Assembly (NCBI GenBank): GCA_048887225.1
Contig: JBHLJY010000001.1
Location: forward strand, 128,001 to 192,000
From: Candidatus Hodarchaeota archaeon
Lineage (GTDB): Archaea > Asgardarchaeota > Lokiarchaeia > Sigyniarchaeales > SOKP01
Length of the DNA: 64,000 nucleotides
Direction of reading: 5' to 3'
The notes below the pieces were generated by a model. It saw nothing but the letters and a program-made list of their open reading frames with translations, was not told where the DNA came from and did no database searches. This document shows positions 1 through 9,529 of the stretch, in pieces (the first letter of the stretch is position 1; the number at the start of each line of letters is the position of its first letter). Made by a program: the position numbers and the translations under genes.

Positions 1-21
1 TATCTTCCCAATAGCATCCAT
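1..21 (-). CDS. Possible 5' end of a gene running off the window (MDAIGKI...)
   Basis: ATG at 21-19 on the minus strand, open to the window edge, divergent from the ORF at 150; only 7 codons visible. Confidence 0.3.
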
Positions 22-149
22 TGGAATTTAGAATTAGTGTTTATTATTTCTTTTAGATTAGTTTAAAAATCTTTTTTTTGAGTCATAAATACTGGTTATT
101 TAAGATATAATTAACAAAAACGAAATGATAATTTAGTAATGAGGATGAA

Positions 150-581
150 ATGACAAAAGAAGCACCTTTAACGATGTGTTGGTTTGGTTTGTACCAACCT
201 TATGCTACTTCAATAGTTCATGTTCCTGAACAGGAAATTAGTCCAGATGAAGTTGATGAGAAAGATTTAGTTTTTATCTGGGATAAATATATGAAGGCTG
301 ATATACTAAGTGAATTTTTAGGAACACCAGTGCCGTGGTCACCTGCTTTGATTAAAGGGTATTCTCGTGAATGGAAAAAGCAAGATGATGGAAGTTTCAT
401 TTGCGAATTGGTTCAAAAAGAATATGGGGAATGTCTTGGTGCAGTATTATTGGTATCGAGATTAAGCAACGAAAAATTAATTCCCCTTGTTGAGGATTAC
501 AAAAAGCGAGGTTATTCTTTAAAAAAAGCTAAAGTTCTTATTGGAGATTTAACAAGAGATATCTTGGCCTTTTTACCCTGA
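150..581 (+). CDS. Hypothetical protein, possibly gamma-glutamylcyclotransferase (GGCT/AIG2)-like fold
   Basis: 143 aa; upstream GAGGA; PALIKGYSRE...LV...GECLGAVL...GY pattern resembles the GGCT core. Confidence 0.45.
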   Translation: MTKEAPLTMCWFGLYQPYATSIVHVPEQEISPDEVDEKDLVFIWDKYMKADILSEFLGTPVPWSPALIKGYSREWKKQDDGSFICELVQKEYGECLGAVLLVSRLSNEKLIPLVEDYKKRGYSLKKAKVLIGDLTRDILAFLP

Positions 582-900
582 TTATGCTTGTTTGATAAGG
601 TGATTTTAAGGATTTTAAGATTAGTTAATGTCTTCCCCAATCGTAAGAGAGTCGTCAAGTCTCGGGTCCCCTCTTAAAAAATAAATTGAGAAATATTGCT
701 ATCAGAGATATAATCAGTATCAGAAAAAAGATTTTTAAAAAAAGGGCGGAATCAAGAATTTATTATAATATTAGATGATTTCTATTAAAAAAATATAGAA
801 AGAAATATCTTTAATTAACTGTGGTTTTCTTTAATTATATTTTCAGTTTTTTAAGATTAATCAATTCTTTAAATAAAATAATACTAAAACAAAAATTTAA

Positions 901-1767
901 TTGATGAATCTGAATTACAATAAAATTGTAAAAGAGAATCTAGTGAAGAGAATCGGCGCGAAGAATATTACACCAGGAAATAAAATTATTCTAATAGGCG
1001 GAACACATCAAAATGAAGAGCCACATAGCATTTTCAGTATAAGAAAAGCGTTAAGTCGTAGAAATAATAGAGATTTTATCAATTTTTTACAAAAATATAG
1101 TTTTCAAGTTGTCCTTTTCTCATATCCGCAAGAACTGGTGCTTGAGAATTTTTCTGAAAAAAGGCAAAAAGATAAAAGAAGAGAATTTAAACTTAAGATT
1201 ATTCAGCAAGAAGGCCCAAGCATAATTCTAGCAGTGCACAACAATCATTGGGCAAAATCGGCAGAGGTCTATACATTAGCCGGTGAATATGGCGAAGATG
1301 GAGTCCTCGAAATACCTGACTCCGAAAAAATCTGTCTCAACCCTGCTCCTTTAATATTTGAATCAGAAACACAAAAATGGGTTAGGCGACATGACCCTAT
1401 GCTAATAATAGTTTCTGATGGAATGGATTCAGAAATAGATATTGGCAAAGCCTTAATAGATCACTCTATGATCCCTACGAACATTGTTAATATTAAACTT
1501 ATGTGGTGGAAAGACTTTGAAATCCGCAACTCCTTTTGCTTAGAATTGCCATATCTAGGGAAAGACTGTTACAATCAGGATGCGCAAAAATTGATTGAAT
1601 ACGGCAAAAAAGTGCTCCAAGACGTAATTAAATGCATCATCCGACATAAACTTAAACTCCCTCAATCATCAGAGAAGATTATGCTTACATTAGGAAAGAA
1701 AAAGCCTCTGGCCTGGTATACTGGAAAAATTTATTATAAAACGCCTCCAATGAAGAGGTTTAGATAA
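901..1767 (+). CDS. Hypothetical protein, distant M14/AstE-AspA zinc hydrolase-like
   Basis: IILIGGTHQNE resembles GGxHGNE; a later LAVHN resembles DLH; FCLEL near the C-terminus. Confidence 0.45.
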   Translation: MMNLNYNKIVKENLVKRIGAKNITPGNKIILIGGTHQNEEPHSIFSIRKALSRRNNRDFINFLQKYSFQVVLFSYPQELVLENFSEKRQKDKRREFKLKIIQQEGPSIILAVHNNHWAKSAEVYTLAGEYGEDGVLEIPDSEKICLNPAPLIFESETQKWVRRHDPMLIIVSDGMDSEIDIGKALIDHSMIPTNIVNIKLMWWKDFEIRNSFCLELPYLGKDCYNQDAQKLIEYGKKVLQDVIKCIIRHKLKLPQSSEKIMLTLGKKKPLAWYTGKIYYKTPPMKRFR

Positions 1768-1920
1768 AAGAGATTTACTGATCAATAAAATAGATATTAG
1801 GATTATGATTAATTAATTTAGGATTTAACACCTATGTAGATTTAAGAAAAAAATTCAGAATATAGTTTAGTTTGTATTTAATAGAACAAAATTTATAACT
1901 ATCTTAAATTTAATTTTATT

Positions 1921-3525
1921 ATGACCCATAATTTTGATATTAATTCTTTTGATTTAACAAGTAGAAGGATTTATGAAAAAGCTAAGAGGGAAAATAGGCT
2001 AATAGAAAACCCTCCAATGAAAGAATTAAGAAGATTAACTGAAAATGAACCGGGTATTAAAATATCAAAATTTAATAACATTATAGCTAATTCTGAGCCA
2101 ACATCGCGGAGTGCAATGTTCACCAAAAACAGCATTGACGATGAATTTGGTTCAAACGAAATTGAATTGTTGAGGCATTGCGAAGATGCCTTAGATAAAG
2201 AAGAATTAGTTAGCATTGATAGGATAGTAGGTAATTTACAAAGTAATATTACCGTAAGACTAATTGTTCCTTTAAGATTTGTTCATGTTGCCTATGGTGG
2301 AGGATTGTTATTTGCCCCTACAAAAAAAAAACTGGAAGTCCCAACCTATGTAGTAATAATGTTTACAGATGGAAGTTGGGAATCAAATAAAACTAAAGAT
2401 CTACCTAATAAAGATATCACCATTAGGTTAGCAATGTTAAATAATGGAAGAATGATAAAAATATGTCGTAATTCAAACTATATTGGAGAATTTAAGAAGG
2501 CTGTTTTTGCAGCAGAAAATTGGAGGGCAAAATTTGAAAATATTGGAATATTTTTACATGCAGGATGTCGTGAAGATTATCTTCAATCGGCTCAAGGTGA
2601 TTATCAATATGTTCATTCACTTTTCATAGCGTTAAGCGCCAATGGAAAAACTTCCACGACTTGTAAAGTTATAGGAAGAAAAGATAAAGAGAAATCTTGG
2701 CTTATTCAAGATGATGGTGGTATTTTAATGAATGATGGGTCATTTAAAGGGTTTGAATATGGAGGTATTTTTATTAAAACAGAAGCTGTGAATCCTTCAA
2801 ACCAAATTGAATCATATTATGGACTTTTAAAACCAAAAACCTTTTTAGAAAACGTTTACGTTGATGATGATGGCGATTTTGACTTTTTTAATTTCGAACG
2901 AACCTCAAATGGTCGAGCGATAGTACGTAGAAAGGATTTTATGCACGCTAGTTCAAAGATAGATGTACCAAAGATAGATAACATAATTCTAATTACTCGA
3001 GGGACAATAATTCCTGCGATTTCAAAATTAACAACAGAGCAAACTGCTGCATTCATGATATTAGGACAATCAATGGAATCATCAGCCGGTGATCCAACGC
3101 AAGCAGGAAAAATTAGAAATATATTTTTCTATGATCCATTTGTTGCTGGTGATCGTGTTGATCATGCTAATAGATTCTATGAGATTATAAGAAATTTACC
3201 TCATATTCATTGCTATTTGTTAAATACAGGGGGAATAGGAGAAGGGAGGCATTATAATGAGATTACTATTAAGCATACAATGGGTATCCTTGACTCTTTA
3301 TTAAGAGGAGGCCTTACTAACTGGGAGAAATCTCCAACTGGGTTATTAGTTCCAACTGCGATTAGAAAAGTCGATAAATTATATGTCCATCCAGAAAGAT
3401 TGTACACTAGTCAAGAATTTGAGGAAAAACAAAATCAACTAGAAAATATGCGATATGAAACAATAAAAAAATATGGAGAAAATTTACATCCAAATATAAG
3501 GTCAGTATTTAAAAAGATTATCTGA
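1921..3525 (+). CDS. pckA: Phosphoenolpyruvate carboxykinase (ATP)
   Basis: YIGEFKK, FLHAG, P-loop variant LSANGKTST, QDD, FE..GIFIKT, TSNGRA, YLLNTG motifs. Confidence 0.88.
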   Translation: MTHNFDINSFDLTSRRIYEKAKRENRLIENPPMKELRRLTENEPGIKISKFNNIIANSEPTSRSAMFTKNSIDDEFGSNEIELLRHCEDALDKEELVSIDRIVGNLQSNITVRLIVPLRFVHVAYGGGLLFAPTKKKLEVPTYVVIMFTDGSWESNKTKDLPNKDITIRLAMLNNGRMIKICRNSNYIGEFKKAVFAAENWRAKFENIGIFLHAGCREDYLQSAQGDYQYVHSLFIALSANGKTSTTCKVIGRKDKEKSWLIQDDGGILMNDGSFKGFEYGGIFIKTEAVNPSNQIESYYGLLKPKTFLENVYVDDDGDFDFFNFERTSNGRAIVRRKDFMHASSKIDVPKIDNIILITRGTIIPAISKLTTEQTAAFMILGQSMESSAGDPTQAGKIRNIFFYDPFVAGDRVDHANRFYEIIRNLPHIHCYLLNTGGIGEGRHYNEITIKHTMGILDSLLRGGLTNWEKSPTGLLVPTAIRKVDKLYVHPERLYTSQEFEEKQNQLENMRYETIKKYGENLHPNIRSVFKKII

Positions 3526-3611
3526 GAATTTAAAAAGTTCTTATAAACTTAAGCTATTAATAGTAAATTATGCTTTATTTGATTCATCATTTATGATTTG
3601 AGCAGAATAAT

Positions 3612-5444
3612 ATGGGAATAAATAGAAATCAAGACATAAATCCATTTCAGCAGAAAGATGAATTTTATTTTCAACCGCGATTTAAAGATTTTTCCGTCAG
3701 TTCTACTTATATTACAATGAGAGATGGGGTGAAAATTGCCTTAACGATTTGTTTACCAAAAGGCTTAGCACCTAAAGAGAAAATCCCAACATTACTTTAT
3801 CAGACCCGTTATCATAGGACTCACCATCTTCGGTTACCTTTTAGATGGATATGGAACGAGACAATAGATCATTATCCAAAAACGGAGTTAATTACTGCCA
3901 ATGGATATGCATGTATATATGTTGATGTAAGAGGGAGTGGGGCTTCATATGGTTTTAGATTAGGGCCCTTTTCTGAAGATGAGGTAAAGGATGGGAGTGA
4001 TATTGCAGATTGGATTATCAATCAACCATGGTCAGATGGTAATATAGTATCTAATGGTATATCTTATACGGGATTTACATCAGAATGGTTAGCAACTAAT
4101 AATCATCCTGCTGTAAAAAGTGTAATGACGGGCCATAGCGGTTGGGACCCTTTTATAGATATGATTTTGCCAGGAGGCTGTTATAATACAGCATTTATAC
4201 AATTATGGTCCTTTTATGGAAAACAGCTTGATAAAAATATTATGAAACAAATGAAAATGTTAATGCCATATCGTTGGATACTAATGAAGGGGGTAAAACA
4301 TATCCATTCAGATAATGATTATACTCATTTAAAAGAGGCCATAAAAGAACACAGCAATAATCAAGCTGTTTATGATAATATTAGTGATGTAAATTATCGC
4401 GACGATGTTATCAAAATTGACAATGAAGAAAGTTCATTTAATTCTAGGAGCATTTTTCAACGTCAACAAGAATTGCAAAAGTTAAATATCCCCATTTATA
4501 GCTGGGCTTCGTGGTTGGATGCTAACTTTGCGGATGTCGTCATAGAACGTTTTATAAATTTAAATAATCCTCAAATTGCTATAATAGGTGATTGGAATCA
4601 CGGTGCCCATCTTCCCGCTAATCAATTTGATCCCTCAAGACCAAAAGTAATTCCTTCTCCACATGATCGTATTAAAACTGAGATAAGTTTTTTTAATAGA
4701 TGTCTAAAAGGAGGTGGATTAAAGAGTAAGACAATTTATTATTATACAATGGGGGAGGAAAGGTGGAAAAAATCTCACATATGGCCCCCAATAGGTCACT
4801 CTTTGCAGAGATGGTATTTTCAAGAAAACAATAGTTTAGCTAAAGAGGAACCTGAAGCAAATGAAGGAGCAGATGATTATAAGATAAATTTTCGAGCAAG
4901 TACCGGTTTTTTTAATCGTTGGATGGGTCCACTTGCTACGCCTATTGATTATAGCAATAGAACAAAAGCAGATGAAAAATTACATTTGTATACGAGCCTT
5001 CCTTTCGAAGATGATTTAGAAATTACCGGAAATCCTATAATTACTTTATATCTTTCTTCGACACACGAAGATGGAGCAGTATTTGTATACTTAGAAGATA
5101 TTGATCAGAAGGGCAACGTAATTTATGTAACTGATGGAAACTTGCGACTCACCCATAGAAAAATATCGTCAGATAATCCCCCATATAAAACACTCATCCC
5201 CTATCATACATTCTTAAAAAAAGATGCTCTTCCCCTTGTTCCGAATGAGGTTTCAAAAATAAAATTTGGATTACATGCAACATCTGTTTTAATTAAGAAA
5301 GGTCATAGAATTCGTGTAGCAATCGCTGGGGCAGATAAAGAGACGTTTATGCGTTATCCTGCTAAAGGAAAACCCATAATTACTATTGAACGGAATAAAA
5401 AATATCCATCTTTTATTGATATTCCAATTATACTTAGGGAGTAA
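3612..5444 (+). CDS. CocE/NonD family serine hydrolase (S15)
   Basis: MRDGVKI, QTRY, DVRGSGAS, QPWSDG, nucleophile GISY, GDWNH, C-terminal jelly-roll ending in KKGHRIRVAI. Confidence 0.93.
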   Translation: MGINRNQDINPFQQKDEFYFQPRFKDFSVSSTYITMRDGVKIALTICLPKGLAPKEKIPTLLYQTRYHRTHHLRLPFRWIWNETIDHYPKTELITANGYACIYVDVRGSGASYGFRLGPFSEDEVKDGSDIADWIINQPWSDGNIVSNGISYTGFTSEWLATNNHPAVKSVMTGHSGWDPFIDMILPGGCYNTAFIQLWSFYGKQLDKNIMKQMKMLMPYRWILMKGVKHIHSDNDYTHLKEAIKEHSNNQAVYDNISDVNYRDDVIKIDNEESSFNSRSIFQRQQELQKLNIPIYSWASWLDANFADVVIERFINLNNPQIAIIGDWNHGAHLPANQFDPSRPKVIPSPHDRIKTEISFFNRCLKGGGLKSKTIYYYTMGEERWKKSHIWPPIGHSLQRWYFQENNSLAKEEPEANEGADDYKINFRASTGFFNRWMGPLATPIDYSNRTKADEKLHLYTSLPFEDDLEITGNPIITLYLSSTHEDGAVFVYLEDIDQKGNVIYVTDGNLRLTHRKISSDNPPYKTLIPYHTFLKKDALPLVPNEVSKIKFGLHATSVLIKKGHRIRVAIAGADKETFMRYPAKGKPIITIERNKKYPSFIDIPIILRE

Positions 5445-5475
5445 AAAATATAAAATTAATAATTAAAAAGAATAG

Positions 5476-5865
5476 ATGATTGTAATGGAAGAATTATTAC
5501 CAAAATTGAGTAATTTATTAAATGATGCGGTAGAAATCAGAGAAAATAAAGAACAATTACTAATTGAGTTGAAAATAAGAAAAAAAGATCTTATTCTTGG
5601 AGATTTAGGGAAACCAAATGAAGTAAAAGAAATGATAAAAGTATTTGGTGGAGTTAAACAGGATATACCGATAGATGTTGCTGTTGATGAGAAAACCAAT
5701 ATCATCACTTTAAAATTACTGTACAAAGAAGATTTTAAATTAATAAGTACTGCTATTAAAAATCTCTGGGAGCGTGTATCTGCTCTTTTAATAGAAGCTT
5801 TTAATGCGGAACCAGGAAAAATTGGAAAATTTAAAGATCTTGGAGATTTTGATGAAACTTATTAA
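5476..5865 (+). CDS. Hypothetical protein
   Basis: 129 aa ORF co-oriented between two genes; no motif recognised. Confidence 0.7.
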   Translation: MIVMEELLPKLSNLLNDAVEIRENKEQLLIELKIRKKDLILGDLGKPNEVKEMIKVFGGVKQDIPIDVAVDEKTNIITLKLLYKEDFKLISTAIKNLWERVSALLIEAFNAEPGKIGKFKDLGDFDETY

Positions 5866-5945
5866 ATACCAAGCAATTAAAATTAAATAGAATTATTAAT
5901 GAATATTCTAAGATAGTAAGTATAAAATAACACGTATATAACAAT

Positions 5946-7130
5946 TTGAATGATAGAATTATGGCAGAAAAATTTTCAATGTTTAATTTCATTAAAGAAG
6001 TGTGCGATAAGATTGGCCCTCGATTTGGAACGACTGAACAAGAGTTAAAGGCAGGAATGAAAATTAAAAGTATCTTGGAGAGCCGAGTAGATGATGTAGT
6101 TATGGAGGAATTTACGTGCCATCCAAAAGCGTTTTTAGATTTTACAAGGATTGCATTTATCGTCGCTGTAATAGCTACTATTTTATTTATATGGGTGCCC
6201 TTAATTAGTTTCTTTCTGTATCTTTATGGGATCTCCATATTTGCGTTTGAACAAATGTTTCTGAAGGAATATGTAGATTTTTTCTTTCCAAAAAGAACGG
6301 GTTCAAACGTGATTGGTAAGTTAAAACCTACAAAGGAGCCTAAGCAAATTATTATTTGTAGTGCACACCACGATAGCGCTTACCAATTTCCACTGTTCGA
6401 AAAGTTCAAATCAAAATTCCGCATAATTGCGTACTTTACGGTTGGTTTAGTATTCCTAGCGGCAATTTTATCTCTCGTAAAATTTATTCTTGATATCTTA
6501 GGCATCACATCGATAATGATAACTTTAATATTACTTATCGTTCCTATCCTTTCGGTTGTGATGGTGGGTTATATCACTCTCAATCTTCATTCCAAAAACG
6601 TAATTCTTGGCGCAAATGACAATTTATCAGGTGTCGCTGTTGTATTGGCCCTTGCTGATCATTTTTCAACCCGAAAACTTCAAAACATTGAACTCTGGTG
6701 TATTTCATTTTCGTGTGAAGAATGCATGAGAGGATCGAAACGATTTGTGAAAAGGCATCTGGACGAATTAAAGGATTCAAAAACCATTAATTTGGATATG
6801 GTTGGTGAGGGAGCAACACTTTCTATTATTTCTGCTGAACCGTATTATGTAACAAAACATTCTATGGAATTGGCAAAAGAATTCCAAGAATCTACTAAAC
6901 GTGCGAATGTAGAAATGCCTATTAAAGCGGTAATGTTTGGCGGAACGGACGCTGCTTCTTTTAGTAAAAAGAAGCTCAAAGCCATTTCAATTATCGCTTT
7001 GACTCCACAAGATCATCCGAGTACTTGGCATGAATTAAAAGATAAACCTGAAATTATTGATGAACAACTTCTCGAAAACACGTTGAAGGCAATTATTCAA
7101 TACTTACAAGATCTTGACGCTAAATTATAA
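5946..7130 (+). CDS. Membrane-bound M28 family metallopeptidase (start probably ATG 5961)
   Basis: AHHDS, GANDNLSG, CEE, NLDM, WH zinc ligands plus about four hydrophobic segments. Confidence 0.9.
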   Translation: MNDRIMAEKFSMFNFIKEVCDKIGPRFGTTEQELKAGMKIKSILESRVDDVVMEEFTCHPKAFLDFTRIAFIVAVIATILFIWVPLISFFLYLYGISIFAFEQMFLKEYVDFFFPKRTGSNVIGKLKPTKEPKQIIICSAHHDSAYQFPLFEKFKSKFRIIAYFTVGLVFLAAILSLVKFILDILGITSIMITLILLIVPILSVVMVGYITLNLHSKNVILGANDNLSGVAVVLALADHFSTRKLQNIELWCISFSCEECMRGSKRFVKRHLDELKDSKTINLDMVGEGATLSIISAEPYYVTKHSMELAKEFQESTKRANVEMPIKAVMFGGTDAASFSKKKLKAISIIALTPQDHPSTWHELKDKPEIIDEQLLENTLKAIIQYLQDLDAKL

Positions 7131-7202
7131 TTTTTATAATTTTAGCTTTCTTCTAATATAATAATTTTTTTCTTTCTCGGTTAGCATGTTTTTTCAACCC
7201 AT

Positions 7203-8096
7203 TCAAGGATTATTTTTAATAAATTCTATAATGACTTCAGCCAGTTCAGGACCTTTATCCTCCTGTACAAAATGGCCTGCGTTTTTAATTGTGGTGTGAT
7301 TTTGTCCTCGAGCACCTGGAACAAGTTTTTGCCAAGGGATATACCCTCCTGCAGTTATACGATCTTTATCGCTAAATGCCGTTAAAAATGGTTTTTCCCA
7401 TTGTCTAAATTTTTCCCATGCGCTTGTATTAGCTTCGAACTCTGGATCATCTTTACTAATTGGAACTAATGACGGCATAATTCGGGCCCCAGCTTTATAA
7501 GTATCGTCAGGAAAGGGAGCATCATAACCTCTTAAAATATCTTTCGATAATTCTGTGATTGTTCCACCTTGGATAATCCGTTTAATATCAAATCTAGTTG
7601 CCGTTCGAGAAAACTCGCGCCATCGTAAAAATGCTTCAGGCATGCTTTGCGCTCCTGTTGGTAAGCCTCCATTTGACAAAAGAATTCTATTGAATCGCTC
7701 CTGATTTTCAATAGCAACTCTTAATCCTATTAAAGAACCCCAATTTTGGCAAAATAAAGTAATATTTTGAAGGTCAAGTAATTTTACCCATTTTGTCATC
7801 CATTCTACATGTTTACGGTATGTATGATCGCTTTTTTCAGTGGGTTTGTCAGATCGACCGAATCCTACTAAGTCTGGTGCCACCGTTCTATAGCCGGCTT
7901 TCACGAGAAGGGGAATCATATTCCTATATAAAAAGGACCATGCGGGTTCACCATGCATTAATAAAATAACGTCCCTATCTTTTGGTCCTTCATCCACGTA
8001 ATGAATCCTGATATTATCCACTTCTATATAATTAGGTTCATAAGAAAAATCGGGGAGATCTTCAAATCTTTCGTCAGGTGTTCGCAATAATTTCAT
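7203..8096 (-). CDS. Haloalkane dehalogenase-family alpha/beta hydrolase with the nucleophile position Asp replaced by Asn
   Basis: LRTPDERF, HGEPAW, PDLVGFGRSDKP, YDAPFP, AGHFVQED; nucleophile elbow reads QNWG instead of QDWG. Confidence 0.9.
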   Translation of the reverse strand: MKLLRTPDERFEDLPDFSYEPNYIEVDNIRIHYVDEGPKDRDVILLMHGEPAWSFLYRNMIPLLVKAGYRTVAPDLVGFGRSDKPTEKSDHTYRKHVEWMTKWVKLLDLQNITLFCQNWGSLIGLRVAIENQERFNRILLSNGGLPTGAQSMPEAFLRWREFSRTATRFDIKRIIQGGTITELSKDILRGYDAPFPDDTYKAGARIMPSLVPISKDDPEFEANTSAWEKFRQWEKPFLTAFSDKDRITAGGYIPWQKLVPGARGQNHTTIKNAGHFVQEDKGPELAEVIIEFIKNNP

Positions 8097-8231
8097 TTTT
8101 TTCCTTCCTTTTTTGAATTTAAATATTTAATTTTAATATTAAGATTATTTTTTTTAATATTTATTCATTCAATATTTTCTATTTTTTATTGTGAATATGA
8201 AAAATTGCAAATAAAAAAAGAAAAAAGAGAT

Positions 8232-9335
8232 TTAATTAGTCGTAAGTTTTGGGGGCGGAACAAACACCTTTCTAGGTTCGATTCTTACTAGCGTCATTGC
8301 TTTCTCAGGGCAGAAATGAGCACAGATACCACATCCAATACATCTATCTTCGTTTACAACGGCAAGAGTATCTTCAAGCTCTACAGCCTCTGCGTTACAC
8401 ATTTCAACGCATGTACCGCACCCTATACAGTCATCTTCGTTCACATTTGCCACATGGGAAGCCAAACTCATTAAAGGGATCCCACCAGCATAATGGATGT
8501 CAAAAGTTCCACAGCAACATTTACAACAATTACACATTCCGTCAAGTTCTCTTTCTGGATCCAGATGAACGTGAAATCCTTTATGAACAAGGCCGTCATC
8601 TTCGCATTGTTTCAATATTGTTTTTGCTTCTTCTTTTGAAATTTGTTCGGCAAAACCTTCTGAGATGAGAAATGAAGCGGCTTTACCAAAAGAGAAACAA
8701 TTTTTTCTATCTTTTGTCTTTTTACAAGGATCGTTAAGAAGATCTTTTCGATGTCTACAATAACAAGTCATTAATCCTATAGGATCATATTTTTCTATAA
8801 CTTTGGAGATTTCTTCAAAAGTAAACACTTTTTCTTCCTTTATTTCGACTTCTTCTTCAACAGGAATAATTCTATCAATTGGATTAGCGTTCTTTAACGC
8901 TTTCATTATTCGATCGTAATTACCTTGAGTCATTTCGACTAACTCTTTAAAAAATTTATCGAATAATTTTGCTAATTTCTTCTCTTTTTCTCCCGTTTCA
9001 CCTCGCATTAAAGTAAACTCAAGTACACCAGGAAAGAAAGGCGTTAATCGATACACCATTATTCCTGTACTTCTACTAGGAATTCCAGTAATTGCCCCAA
9101 TGTGCATAAGATCTTTTAACATTTTCATAAGCGAATCTTCGTCTAAATTGCTTATAGTTTTTACTTCATCAATGTTATATGATGATTTTTTAAACAACAG
9201 AAGGAATTTTGCTTGTTCTTCGGTCATTATTGTTTTCATTACCTCAATAACAGTGTCATTTATAGGGAATGGAAGTTTCGCAGCGTTGATAAAATTACTC
9301 GCAACCTCATACCAAATTTTTTCGGACATTTTCAA
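8232..9335 (-). CDS. 4Fe-4S dicluster binding protein with N-terminal helical domain
   Basis: CYCR, GLVH, CNCCKCCC and C-terminal CIGCGTC..C / CIGCGIC..CP ferredoxin motifs. Confidence 0.88.
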   Translation of the reverse strand: MKMSEKIWYEVASNFINAAKLPFPINDTVIEVMKTIMTEEQAKFLLLFKKSSYNIDEVKTISNLDEDSLMKMLKDLMHIGAITGIPSRSTGIMVYRLTPFFPGVLEFTLMRGETGEKEKKLAKLFDKFFKELVEMTQGNYDRIMKALKNANPIDRIIPVEEEVEIKEEKVFTFEEISKVIEKYDPIGLMTCYCRHRKDLLNDPCKKTKDRKNCFSFGKAASFLISEGFAEQISKEEAKTILKQCEDDGLVHKGFHVHLDPERELDGMCNCCKCCCGTFDIHYAGGIPLMSLASHVANVNEDDCIGCGTCVEMCNAEAVELEDTLAVVNEDRCIGCGICAHFCPEKAMTLVRIEPRKVFVPPPKLTTN

Positions 9336-9529
9336 ATTTTTCCTAACTTTTTTTAATTTAGAATATATTACTTATGTTTTTTATTTTTGCTAAGAAAGTA
9401 TTTTTTTTATTTTTTAAAACCAGATGGGAGACATCCCGCTCCTTTACTAGACCAAGAAAATTCTCTAAATAGAAGTAAAACCTAATTATAAGAGCGAATT
9501 AAAAAAAAGCAATAATCCATTATTGATTT

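Noticed and set aside
631-676. GC-richer intergenic patch with a TAAGAG/CTCTTA stem, considered as SECIS or ncRNA
   Set aside because: Only 6 bp pair convincingly; no SECIS core or tRNA arms; no neighbouring gene with an in-frame TGA at a Cys position
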